In this document: positions 27,323 through 36,688 of the stretch, one piece after another
Numbering within the stretch: position 1 is the stretch's first letter
Layout: every line of letters begins with the position of its first letter
Assembly: GCA_947592005.1 (NCBI GenBank)
Contig: CANQDJ010000001.1
Span: forward strand, 11,035 to 75,034
DNA from: an uncultured Anaeroplasma sp.
GTDB taxonomy: Bacteria; Bacillota_I; Bacilli_A; Acholeplasmatales; Anaeroplasmataceae
Reading direction: 5' to 3'
Length of the DNA: 64,000 nt
Program-made: the position numbers and the translations under genes
Notes under the pieces: model-generated
Databases searched by the model: none
Seen by the model: the letters and a program-made list of their open reading frames with translations, nothing else
What the model was told of the DNA's origin: nothing

Positions 27323-29119
27323 ATGACAGAAGAAGAATATAGAAGAGAACAAGAAGAACGAGAACAGTTAATTAATCAGTATAATTCTTTAGTAGAAAAA
27401 TATAATCAACTTGTTGTTTATGCAGAACAGATTGAAGCAGAATTAAATACTGCTCAAGCAAATACAATAACTATTATTAGTAACGCAAAAGCAATGGCAA
27501 CACATGTGCTTCCTCGCTTGGATAATTCTATTACAATGGCAGATGAAGTACAAAATTTAACTTATGATGTTATGAAGGCTATAGAGGATTTGAAGAATAG
27601 ATATTTTAAAATTAAAAATGTCAGCACCTCTTCTAAAAAATTAACAGAATTAGATGATCTTTATAACCGTTTGTATCGTTTTTATAATAAACTTCGCAAA
27701 ATTTCATTAGCATATGTTATTGGAGTTGATTCAAATATTATAAGCAATGAAACACTTAGAGTTGAAGTTGAAAAACAGCAATTAATGAATAGTGATTATT
27801 GGTTATCATATGCCTTGTCTGCTGTAATGCTGTGGATAAATGATGAAAAAAAGGCATCTACACGAGCAGTTGAGAAAGCATTAGAAATGGACGAATATAA
27901 AACGTCTTTATATTTCATGCTAATCAACTTACGTTTTGGTCGAACAACTGCTGCCCAAAAATGGTATGAAGTATTTTCTAAAGGGGTAGATATTTTCAAT
28001 ATTCGTCCCGAATGGGAATTTATTTTACAAGCATATTTACATCATGGTTTTGGTTATGACAAAGAATTTGAGCGAAGGGTTAAAAAGCAATTTACAGATC
28101 TTTTGGAGGAAATGCGAAAATCTTTTGCTAGATATGAAAGTAAGGTTATAGAAAAAGTAACAGAATATGGCTTTGCCTTCCCGTATTCAACAGCCAAGAC
28201 ATATTCATATCTACAACTATATTGTAAAGATTATGGTTTATTACTAGAATTGCTAACTTGTGCTGAAAAAAATGGAGAATTAGCAAAATGGTATGCTAGT
28301 ATTTATGAACAAGATGATACCTCTGCAGATACCTTAAAAGAAAACATTGAGAATGTTTTATATGATCTTGTATCAGAATATGATTCAAAAGAATATGAAA
28401 TAATTAAGCAAATTAAATATCACGAATATGTTATAAAATCAAAAGGTGATATTGCTATGGCAAATCGTATGGTTAATATGCAAAATGCTGAATCCGAAGA
28501 GAAAATCACATTAGATGAATTAATGTTTAATTTTGCTTTTGCAGATCCAAATGATAAAGTAGATAATAGATTACAAAAATTTGCTTTATCGTTTATGATT
28601 GATTTAATTAAAAAGGGGTTTGCAGAATATCAAATAAAATATCGAGATAAGGAAAAAGAAAAATATACATTTTATATAGATGGGTGTACTTTTACAGGAA
28701 ATGATTTAACTATAGATGAATCTCGTAAAGCAATTGCAGATTATTATAAAGCTAACAAAAGAAAACTTCTTTTTGCAGATAAAAAATATACAGGCTTATT
28801 ATGGGCTTCTATCGGTTTTACTGCTTTAACCATTTTGATGACGGTGATTATTATTTTGATGAAGAGATTTGTTACTGCTACAACAATTATATTTGCTATA
28901 TCAGTAGTTTTAACAATATTATTTTGGATTTTATGGGCATTACGCCGACAATCACGTACAAAAAACATTCAAAAGAGAATGCTTGAATCGCTTGAAAAAT
29001 TAAATAAAGTAAATGAGGATTTTATTCAATGGAAAAAAGATTATCAAAATTCAGATGTAGAACAAAACGGCTTGCAAGAAACACTAAACAATTATAAATG
29101 GGAGGAAGAACATGAGTAA
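27323..29119 (+). CDS. Coiled-coil/TPR-like/2TM protein, paralog 1
   Basis: DYWLSYAL..W...KTSLYFMLINLRFGR motif; two C-terminal TM helices. Confidence 0.8.
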   Translation: MTEEEYRREQEEREQLINQYNSLVEKYNQLVVYAEQIEAELNTAQANTITIISNAKAMATHVLPRLDNSITMADEVQNLTYDVMKAIEDLKNRYFKIKNVSTSSKKLTELDDLYNRLYRFYNKLRKISLAYVIGVDSNIISNETLRVEVEKQQLMNSDYWLSYALSAVMLWINDEKKASTRAVEKALEMDEYKTSLYFMLINLRFGRTTAAQKWYEVFSKGVDIFNIRPEWEFILQAYLHHGFGYDKEFERRVKKQFTDLLEEMRKSFARYESKVIEKVTEYGFAFPYSTAKTYSYLQLYCKDYGLLLELLTCAEKNGELAKWYASIYEQDDTSADTLKENIENVLYDLVSEYDSKEYEIIKQIKYHEYVIKSKGDIAMANRMVNMQNAESEEKITLDELMFNFAFADPNDKVDNRLQKFALSFMIDLIKKGFAEYQIKYRDKEKEKYTFYIDGCTFTGNDLTIDESRKAIADYYKANKRKLLFADKKYTGLLWASIGFTALTILMTVIIILMKRFVTATTIIFAISVVLTILFWILWALRRQSRTKNIQKRMLESLEKLNKVNEDFIQWKKDYQNSDVEQNGLQETLNNYKWEEEHE

Positions 29120-30746
29120 TACAAATCAAATCTTAAATGAATTGAATGCTACAGTTGGTGGTTTTACTGCTTCAGTAGATGTTAAAGTTTCAAAAGTAAA
29201 TGAGATAACTGATCAAATAAGAAAAAATGCTGATACAACATTTCAAGAAATTAATAATTTTAAGCAAAGTATGATTGAAAATGAGCAGATGCAAAGTGCT
29301 CAAGAAAACATATTGAGATTAAACCAAATTATTAGAGAAAGATTTTCTGATTATGATAGTATTAGAAAAACAGTAATGGGTGTAGTAAAAGATTTTGATA
29401 TCGATCTTGTTAGAAATAAGACCATTACCGAATTATCTGAAGAATTATGGATGACAAGTTCTAGATATTGGTTATCTTATACCTTAATAGCCATCAGTGC
29501 TTGGGCAAGTGATAATAAAGGGGTTGCTAAAAATGCAGTGTCCGAATCGTATAGAGCAGATAAAATAAAAACATCATTATTCTTTTGCTTAATGAATTTA
29601 CGATTTAATCGTGTTGATGTTGCAAGAGAGTGGCTATGTGAATATTTCAACTCTATTATTCCAGAAGATATCAAAGATGAAACGGCCATTTTGCTTCAAT
29701 CTTATATTAATGGATTGTTTGGAATAGATAAAGAAATCGAATATGTCGTTAAGGACGTGGTTGATAGTTGGATTGAAGCCATAAATATCGTTGATGAAAA
29801 TAATGAAAAGTTATCTGCAATGTTTTTAGAATACATTCAAAACATTCCACCTAAAATTGATTTTAAGTCCGAGTACTTAAAACAATATTGTAAAGCTTAT
29901 CCAAATATGGGTTTTCCATATGGTGAGGCAAAGAAGTATGATGTTTTAATAAAAAAAATAAAATCATTAGATGTAGAAAATATTATTCAAAATGCTGCTG
30001 ATTATAAAGCAAGAGTAGATGCTGTTTTAAGAGATTTAATTACAAATTATGATGCTGAAGAATTGGAGTTGAAGCAACAACAGGAATATTATAATTTAGT
30101 CATTGAAAACAAAGGAAAAGAAGAAATAGCCGAACAACAATTTAATGCAATATTAGAAAAAAGATCTTCCAAACAAAACATTGGAGAAAAATGTGTTGAA
30201 TGGGCACTTTATTCAAAAAGTGATTCTATTAATATACATGTTCAAAAATTTGGTTTTCAAAATACAAAAAATTGGTTTTTATCAGCTATAAATACGTGGT
30301 CAAATGAGTTCGAAAAAGAATTTCCAGATGAATATCCAATTCAAGTGGAAGAATGGGAATGTGTATCTAATGGAGATGATTTAGAGGAACAAGAAATTAG
30401 TTTAAGAGCATATTTAGAGAAAAATAAATTTAAGATAAAATATGTTAATAAACCAAATATTATCTCTCTCATATTATTTGTAATTCTACTTACAGTTAGT
30501 ATTTTTGTAAAAGTGAAATTTGATGCACCAACTCCTGTATTTTTAGGAATTCTTGGAGGCTCTCTATTATTCCTTTTGATATTAGCTATTAGAATATTTA
30601 CAGCTTCCTCTAGATTTAATAAGAAAGTTAAATATTTGCTTTCTTTGTTAACAGGTACGATGAGTGAGTTAACTGAATATCGTAAAACGTATGCAGAAAA
30701 TAAAGATAAAAAAGCTGAACTTTTTGCTTTAATAGAACAATTATAA
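29112..30746 (+). CDS. Coiled-coil/TPR-like/2TM protein, paralog 2
   Basis: RYWLSYTL..W...KTSLFFCLMNLRFNR motif; two C-terminal TM helices. Confidence 0.8.
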   Translation: MSNTNQILNELNATVGGFTASVDVKVSKVNEITDQIRKNADTTFQEINNFKQSMIENEQMQSAQENILRLNQIIRERFSDYDSIRKTVMGVVKDFDIDLVRNKTITELSEELWMTSSRYWLSYTLIAISAWASDNKGVAKNAVSESYRADKIKTSLFFCLMNLRFNRVDVAREWLCEYFNSIIPEDIKDETAILLQSYINGLFGIDKEIEYVVKDVVDSWIEAINIVDENNEKLSAMFLEYIQNIPPKIDFKSEYLKQYCKAYPNMGFPYGEAKKYDVLIKKIKSLDVENIIQNAADYKARVDAVLRDLITNYDAEELELKQQQEYYNLVIENKGKEEIAEQQFNAILEKRSSKQNIGEKCVEWALYSKSDSINIHVQKFGFQNTKNWFLSAINTWSNEFEKEFPDEYPIQVEEWECVSNGDDLEEQEISLRAYLEKNKFKIKYVNKPNIISLILFVILLTVSIFVKVKFDAPTPVFLGILGGSLLFLLILAIRIFTASSRFNKKVKYLLSLLTGTMSELTEYRKTYAENKDKKAELFALIEQL

Positions 30747-30790
30747 TATAGAATTCAGGGAAAAATTTTAGTAAGAATAAGGAGAAAAAT

Positions 30791-30997
30791 ATGGAAAAGA
30801 ATGAAAAAAGCGTAAATGCTACAGAAAATGCTACAGAAAATGTTACAGAAAATGCTACAGAAACTGAAAACTTTTTAGATAGTTTTAATAGTGATGAGGA
30901 AGAAATTATGGATTTATCTACTGAAAAACTAGATGAATTAAATAAGAAACTTCCAAATTGGAGTATTGAACCACCTCATAAATTTCTTAATAAATAA
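30791..30997 (+). CDS. Small acidic protein with NATE tandem repeats
   Basis: AAGGAG RBS; stop/start overlap (TAATG) with the next ORF. Confidence 0.7.
   Translation: MEKNEKSVNATENATENVTENATETENFLDSFNSDEEEIMDLSTEKLDELNKKLPNWSIEPPHKFLNK
30815..30862 (+). repeat. 12-bp tandem repeat, four copies
   Basis: AATGCTACAGAA x2, AATGTTACAGAA, AATGCTACAGAA. Confidence 0.9.
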
Positions 30998-31491
30998 TGA
31001 GAAAAAAGGAAGGTCAAATCAATTATTATAGTGATTGGCTTAAGATATTTAATAAAATAAAATCTACTGGTAATTTCTCTGATTTCTATTTAGACATGGT
31101 GGTTGGGAATCTAAGAGATGTTCAATTCAGTTATAATAATTTTTGTAAAGAATTAGTTAATTTTATTAATTTTATTTTAAATTACTATATTAAAAAGATG
31201 AATGAAAGAATTAATTTTTATATATCTCAAACAAATTTAAACTCTATTGTATATTCCATCGATTATTTTTTCTTGCAAATAAAGAAAATCAAATTTTATG
31301 AGTGTTTACAATTTTTAAAAAAAGAGTTTAAGGTAGAATTGACTTTAGAGATAGATAAAACTATTGATAACTATCTAAAGCAATTAGAGAATTATATTTA
31401 TTCTTCATCTATGAACAATTCTTTTTTTACAGAATTACTTTATATTATTAAAAAAAATAAAGGGATGGTTTTTAATGGCGTGTTATCTTGA
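30997..31491 (+). CDS. Hypothetical protein (164 aa)
   Basis: Overlaps both neighbouring genes (translational coupling); no motif recognised. Confidence 0.65.
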   Translation: MRKKEGQINYYSDWLKIFNKIKSTGNFSDFYLDMVVGNLRDVQFSYNNFCKELVNFINFILNYYIKKMNERINFYISQTNLNSIVYSIDYFFLQIKKIKFYECLQFLKKEFKVELTLEIDKTIDNYLKQLENYIYSSSMNNSFFTELLYIIKKNKGMVFNGVLS

Positions 31492-32974
31492 GGTTTTAAA
31501 AGAAATAGAAATTTACCTTTATGCACGAACACCTTTGATTATTTTAAAAAGTGGAGAAAGAGATCGTGTAGAAAGATTATTAGGTGAAGTGAGTAGGAAT
31601 ATAAAACATGATATATATGGATACAGTTCCATTAGACAATTATATAAAATGAATTCTTTATCAACAATTTGTTCTACAGAAGAGCCTTTACAATATATTT
31701 CTCATGCATTTAAGAAAAAAAGAGGTGAAATATATTCTTTGATAGATTTTGGTTATTTAGAAAATGATAATCTTTATAGTAGAGATATTTTAAATTTAAT
31801 TTATACGGCAAGAGAAAATGAAGGAACTCTCATTCTTGTTTCAGATGATTTGATATGGAATAGAATTAGTAATTTAGGCTTGATATGTAATTTAAATTAT
31901 CCTTCTCAAAAAGAACGTATTGAGCAAATCGAAGCCTTCGTTGAAAAATACAAGAAACTTTATAAAAGTTGTTGGACTAAAGAAGAAATAATATTAGCTT
32001 CTACTGTATTAAAAGGATTTTCTGAAATTCAAATAGAGAATATACTTTCTGCCAATTTAATTAAAAAAAATGGATTTTATAAAGAAGATATTTTACTTTT
32101 GGCCAATCAAAAACAATTAATTTATGGAAATATATCTAATTTGAAACAAATTATTATAGATAAAAATATTGAATTGTATGGATTAGAAAACTTTAAAAAA
32201 AGAATGGATGAAAAAAAGAAAGTTTTCTTTGCAGATGAAAAATTGCTAGAAAAATATAACATTACATATCCTAAAGGAGTATTATTAACAGGTATTCCTG
32301 GCTGTGGGAAATCTTTATCAGCAAAATATATTGCTGCCAAATGGAATTTACAGTTGTTTAAATTCGACATTGATACAATTTTTAATAAATATGTGGGCGA
32401 GAGTGAACGAAAAATGCAGGAGGCACTCGCTTATGCAGATCGTATGGCACCATGTATTCTTTGGATAGATGAAATAGAAAAGGCATTATCAATTTCTTCT
32501 GATGGAAATGACACAGGGAAAAGGATTATGGGGCAATTCTTGTTTTGGCTTCAAGAATCTAAAAGTAGGGTATTCTTAATTGCAACGGCAAACGATATTT
32601 CAAAATTACCTCCGGAACTCTTTAGAAAAGGAAGATTTTCAGAAATATTTTTTATTGATTTGCCTAATGAGGTTGAAAGAAAAGAATCTTTAAAATATTA
32701 TATTCAAAAATCTCTGCATATGGATTTGAATGAAAATGAAATGACACAACTTTTAGACATTACAAATGGATTTAGTTATGCGGATTTAGAAAGTTCCATA
32801 AAAGAAATAGCCCAATCATTTATTATTAATGAGGAATTCAATTTGGATTTCAATTTAATTAAAAACAAACTACTAGAAGTTATTCCATATGAAAGAACTA
32901 ATCCTGACACTGTAAAAAAAAGTAGACAATGGGGAAAAGAAAGAGCAACATTAGCCTCTTTAGAAAGGAATTAA
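31475..32974 (+). CDS. Ycf46-like classical-clade AAA ATPase
   Basis: Walker A GIPGCGKS, pore loop KYVGESE, Walker B ILWIDEIEK, SRH TANDISKLPPELFRKGRF; degenerate N-terminal module. Confidence 0.92.
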   Translation: MACYLEVLKEIEIYLYARTPLIILKSGERDRVERLLGEVSRNIKHDIYGYSSIRQLYKMNSLSTICSTEEPLQYISHAFKKKRGEIYSLIDFGYLENDNLYSRDILNLIYTARENEGTLILVSDDLIWNRISNLGLICNLNYPSQKERIEQIEAFVEKYKKLYKSCWTKEEIILASTVLKGFSEIQIENILSANLIKKNGFYKEDILLLANQKQLIYGNISNLKQIIIDKNIELYGLENFKKRMDEKKKVFFADEKLLEKYNITYPKGVLLTGIPGCGKSLSAKYIAAKWNLQLFKFDIDTIFNKYVGESERKMQEALAYADRMAPCILWIDEIEKALSISSDGNDTGKRIMGQFLFWLQESKSRVFLIATANDISKLPPELFRKGRFSEIFFIDLPNEVERKESLKYYIQKSLHMDLNENEMTQLLDITNGFSYADLESSIKEIAQSFIINEEFNLDFNLIKNKLLEVIPYERTNPDTVKKSRQWGKERATLASLERN

Positions 32975-32975
32975 A

Positions 32976-34769
32976 ATGGCAAATGAAGATATAAAAAGTA
33001 AGATAAATGAAATGAATCATGCAATCAGTCGTATTCAAAGTGAAATTGCTATAATTGAAGATGAACTGAATGCTATTTCTCAAAGTGCGTATGCAAATAA
33101 GAATTTGTTGATTGCATCTAGTGCTCTAGTTAATAACTCTATGGAAAACAACAGCAATGTCTTAGTATATTCTAATAATATGATAAGACAAACTTATGAT
33201 GCTCAATTACAAATTAAAGAGTTATTCTTTATTTTTAAAGATATAGAAACTGCAAATAAGAAAATTAGGGCTTTAAATAATAAATTATTCTATGAGTTTA
33301 AAAATCAATCTAAGGTTAGAAAAATAGTTACTGGTTTTTTAGATAATTTAAACCTTGATTTGGTTGATAATGAAAGAATTTATAAGGCCATAGAAAAGGA
33401 ACATCTTCAAACTCCTGATTTTTGGCTAACTTATGTTCTTTTAGCAATTATGGCTTGGAAGCAAGAGGATAGAAAACAGGTTGAAAAATGTATGAATGGA
33501 GCCTTAACTTTAAATAAGAAATCGACTACCGTTTTCATGATGTATTTTAATTTGATAATAGGAAGAGTTGAACCTGCATTAAAGTGGTTTAGTCTTTATA
33601 AGGAAATGGAAAAAGTTGGAAAAGATGATAAAACATTATTAATGTTAGTTTGTTCAATTTCTAATAAAATTAATCAAATAGAAGAAACTACAGATGTTAT
33701 GACAAAAGAAATTTTGAATTATATTCAATCTGAAGTTTCTAAAGGTATGGAGGAAGTAAATCAAGCTGAAGTAGTAAGCAATATTGAAAAATATTTAGAA
33801 TCTTTTGATTTAAAAGAAACAATGGCTTATGATAATTATCGTAAATATGTTAAAGATTATCAAGATATGGCAGATGCTTTATCTTTAGCTAAAAATAATG
33901 CTGAAATTTTAGATTATTTTGACGAACTATCACATGTTCTTTTAAATGAAAGAAATACATATTTAGATGAATATATTCAAGAGGTAATAAATGAACCTTG
34001 TGAAGGCGAAAAAGACATTGTCGAAGAGATTGCTTATAATGAGGAAATTATAAAAACAGTTAACATTATAAAAGAAAGAAATGGTTTAGTAACTACTAAC
34101 TCTTTTAAAGAGTTAGCTAAAGAAAAATTCGAAAAGAAAAAGATACATGATGAGGTTACCTTAAATTCATTTTTAGAAATTTATAATTGGACTTATGGAG
34201 GAAAAAATTTAAAGATAACTACTCTTGCTAAATGGAATTTATTTGTTTTAAATAAACCTTTTACAGTTGCTGCATATGAGCAATATTGTCAAAAGTATCA
34301 ATCATTAAATCATAAGACCCATCAAATTTCGATTGGAGATTTTTCATGCAAAACAGAATTTAAGAATCAAGAAAAGGATATTGAAAATGTAAATACATAT
34401 ATTAATGATAGAAAGCAATATCTTTTAAAGAAGGCAATAAAGCCTATGTTCTATGTTGGTATAGGACTTGCAATATTATGTTTGGTATTAATGATAATGT
34501 GTCTTACAATGATAAAATCAGTTCAGACTAAAAATATTCTCTCAATTTTAAGTGGTGTTGGCATAGGTGTATTTGCTTTAGTGGCTGTTTGGGCCTATGT
34601 AAAAAATATATTTAAAAAGAAAAATATCGTAAATAAAATGTCAAATGAACAAGCAAAAATTAAAGATATTGTTATTCATCTTTATGAAGAAAAGGCTGAT
34701 TATGATAGGGAATTCCTCCAAGCTGATGATATATCAAATCAAATAAAAGCATTTTTTGAAACATTTTGA
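32976..34769 (+). CDS. Coiled-coil/TPR-like/2TM protein, paralog 3
   Basis: DFWLTYVL..W...STTVFMMYFNLIIGR motif; two C-terminal TM helices. Confidence 0.8.
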   Translation: MANEDIKSKINEMNHAISRIQSEIAIIEDELNAISQSAYANKNLLIASSALVNNSMENNSNVLVYSNNMIRQTYDAQLQIKELFFIFKDIETANKKIRALNNKLFYEFKNQSKVRKIVTGFLDNLNLDLVDNERIYKAIEKEHLQTPDFWLTYVLLAIMAWKQEDRKQVEKCMNGALTLNKKSTTVFMMYFNLIIGRVEPALKWFSLYKEMEKVGKDDKTLLMLVCSISNKINQIEETTDVMTKEILNYIQSEVSKGMEEVNQAEVVSNIEKYLESFDLKETMAYDNYRKYVKDYQDMADALSLAKNNAEILDYFDELSHVLLNERNTYLDEYIQEVINEPCEGEKDIVEEIAYNEEIIKTVNIIKERNGLVTTNSFKELAKEKFEKKKIHDEVTLNSFLEIYNWTYGGKNLKITTLAKWNLFVLNKPFTVAAYEQYCQKYQSLNHKTHQISIGDFSCKTEFKNQEKDIENVNTYINDRKQYLLKKAIKPMFYVGIGLAILCLVLMIMCLTMIKSVQTKNILSILSGVGIGVFALVAVWAYVKNIFKKKNIVNKMSNEQAKIKDIVIHLYEEKADYDREFLQADDISNQIKAFFETF

Positions 34770-34916
34770 TAGTGCTATTTAATAGAAATATCCCTAATTA
34801 TTTTTTGACTTTAGAAATTATAAAAGGATAATTGTTAAGGATATTTTTCCAATCTGTAGGAATTCATAAAAAATGGAGAAATCAATCTTCTTCCATTAAA
34901 TACTATAACTTACTTA

Positions 34917-34943
34917 CAATCTCGCATAAAGCGGGATTGTTTT
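34917..34943 (+). terminator. Terminator at the island right end
   Basis: CAATCTCGC-ataaa-GCGGGATTG followed by TTTT. Confidence 0.65.
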
Positions 34944-34963
34944 GACGCTTTAAAATATAGGAA

Positions 34964-34983
34964 AAAAAAGAAGACAATTATAA
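34964..34983 (+). repeat. Right 20-bp direct repeat of the island
   Basis: Identical to 22716-22735; contains the probable -35 (AAGACA) of the downstream promoter, 17 nt from TG-n-TAAAAT. Confidence 0.8.
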
Positions 34984-35038
34984 AAAAATATGTTAAAATT
35001 AAATAAATAAGGAAAAAGTATAAAAATTGGAGGTATAT

Positions 35039-35767
35039 ATGAATAATATAAAAGACGATGAATTGGATAAATTTCTTGAATCAATCAATAAAACTACAGT
35101 TACTGCTAGTATTGATGAAGAAACGTTATATAAGGTGGCTTGTTCATGTGTGGAATCCGATATGGTTTCTATAAATAGTATTCAAAAAGAATTTCTTTTT
35201 GGATTTAGTCGAGCTAATGCAATTGTAGATGAATTGGAGAGAAGAGGAATTATTTCTAAGAAAAATTCACAAACTGGTAAAAGAAAAGTTTTAGTAAATC
35301 AAGAAGAATTAGACAAAATGTTTTTAGAAAAAAAGGAAGATTTCTTTTTTGATAATGATGAATGTTTTTTGAAAAATATAAGTTCGGAGAACAGAGAAAT
35401 ATTAAAAAAATATAACTTAATGAAGCCACTTCGTGAAATGTTGAAAAATCAAAGTACCTTTTCTCTTGATGAGGTAGATTATGAGGAGGAGTTAGAATTC
35501 GGAACAATCTTTGGGTATATATATGGTACGTTTACTTTTAATGAACCTCTTACACTCGAAAGATTGGAATTGGCAAAAGGAAATATCAATTGTATTATGA
35601 GTGTGAATGCTTGTTCAACTTTTCCGGCTTCCGAAGTAAACAATTTAATAAGTAAAGTAAGGAATTTGGCAGAGCTAGATGACCTTATATGTGGTATTGA
35701 AATAGATGATAGTTTGAAAGATGGAGAATTTAAAATTTTGGCATTATTTGTATATTTTCCGTTTTAG
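35039..35767 (+). CDS. FtsK gamma domain fused to an FtsZ C-terminal-like domain
   Basis: VSINSIQKEFLFGFSRANAIVDELERRGIIS matches the FtsK gamma winged helix; SLDEVDY and IMSVNA...EV...ICGIEIDDSLKDGEFKI match the FtsZ T7 loop and C-domain. Confidence 0.7.
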   Translation: MNNIKDDELDKFLESINKTTVTASIDEETLYKVACSCVESDMVSINSIQKEFLFGFSRANAIVDELERRGIISKKNSQTGKRKVLVNQEELDKMFLEKKEDFFFDNDECFLKNISSENREILKKYNLMKPLREMLKNQSTFSLDEVDYEEELEFGTIFGYIYGTFTFNEPLTLERLELAKGNINCIMSVNACSTFPASEVNNLISKVRNLAELDDLICGIEIDDSLKDGEFKILALFVYFPF

Positions 35768-35885
35768 TTTAAATAGTTAAAAAATGAAGGTTTTCTTCAT
35801 TTTTTATATTTTTTATTCGATATTTTTATTGTTTTCTATGTATTTGATAAGAATAATGATATAATAAAATATAAGGTGATGAAAG

Positions 35886-36686
35886 ATGGAAGAAGCAAAG
35901 AAAAAGACAATTTTTTCTCCGAATAAAATAGTGGCGATTATTTTTTATATTCTCAGTATGTTTGTGTTGGGAAGTATAATCACTATTATAATCGGTATCT
36001 TGTTGGCGATGTTTCACGATGATAATGTAGGATTGGTCATTGAAAGTTTTACGACATTGGATTTATCGGAATACAGCGATTCTATACGAAAAATTAATGC
36101 GATGGCTCAAGGTTGGGGTAATTTCATTGTTTATTTATTGTGTTTTGTAGTGGTTGTATTTTATATGCGAGATGAAGTGATAAAGGATTTTAAGGATTTG
36201 GTTGGTAGAAAAGAAAAACATATGGTATGGATTCCTCTTTTTACTTTGTTGTTTATGATTGTTACTTATGCGGTTGAAATATTGATTGGATATTTTGTTC
36301 GGTCTTCCGCCAATCAGGAAACCATTGAAACGATTATTCAAGACGGTGGTATGATTCCTATGATTATTGCGACAGTATTGTTCGCACCGGTAGTAGAAGA
36401 GTTGATTTATCGAAAGGCTATATTTTCTTATTTTAAGAAATATAGTATAGGGGCTTGTTATTTGATTTCGACTGTGTTTTTTATGTTACCGCATATGATT
36501 TCCAGTGATTTTGGCGATATCCGCATTTGGGTATTACAAGCGATTCCTTATTTGGTTAGTGGCCTATTATTGTGTGTGGTTTATCATAAGTCGCAAGAAA
36601 ATGTGTTTGCGTCTATTATTGTTCATTTTGTTAATAATTTTATAGCGTCTTTATTGATAATTACGGAAATGAATATGGGGGTATAA
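35886..36686 (+). CDS. CPBP (CAAX/Abi) intramembrane metalloprotease
   Basis: APVVEELIYR, FMLPH, SIIVHFVNN. Confidence 0.9.
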   Translation: MEEAKKKTIFSPNKIVAIIFYILSMFVLGSIITIIIGILLAMFHDDNVGLVIESFTTLDLSEYSDSIRKINAMAQGWGNFIVYLLCFVVVVFYMRDEVIKDFKDLVGRKEKHMVWIPLFTLLFMIVTYAVEILIGYFVRSSANQETIETIIQDGGMIPMIIATVLFAPVVEELIYRKAIFSYFKKYSIGACYLISTVFFMLPHMISSDFGDIRIWVLQAIPYLVSGLLLCVVYHKSQENVFASIIVHFVNNFIASLLIITEMNMGV

Positions 36687-36688
36687 GA

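Larger units (their letters stand above)
22716..34983 (+). mobile_element. Horizontally acquired island (~12.3 kb) without an integrase
   Basis: Flanking exact 20-bp direct repeats; visibly more AT-rich with few CG-ending codons (ccg/acg/tcg/gcg) compared with the flanks; all genes co-oriented. Confidence 0.7.
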
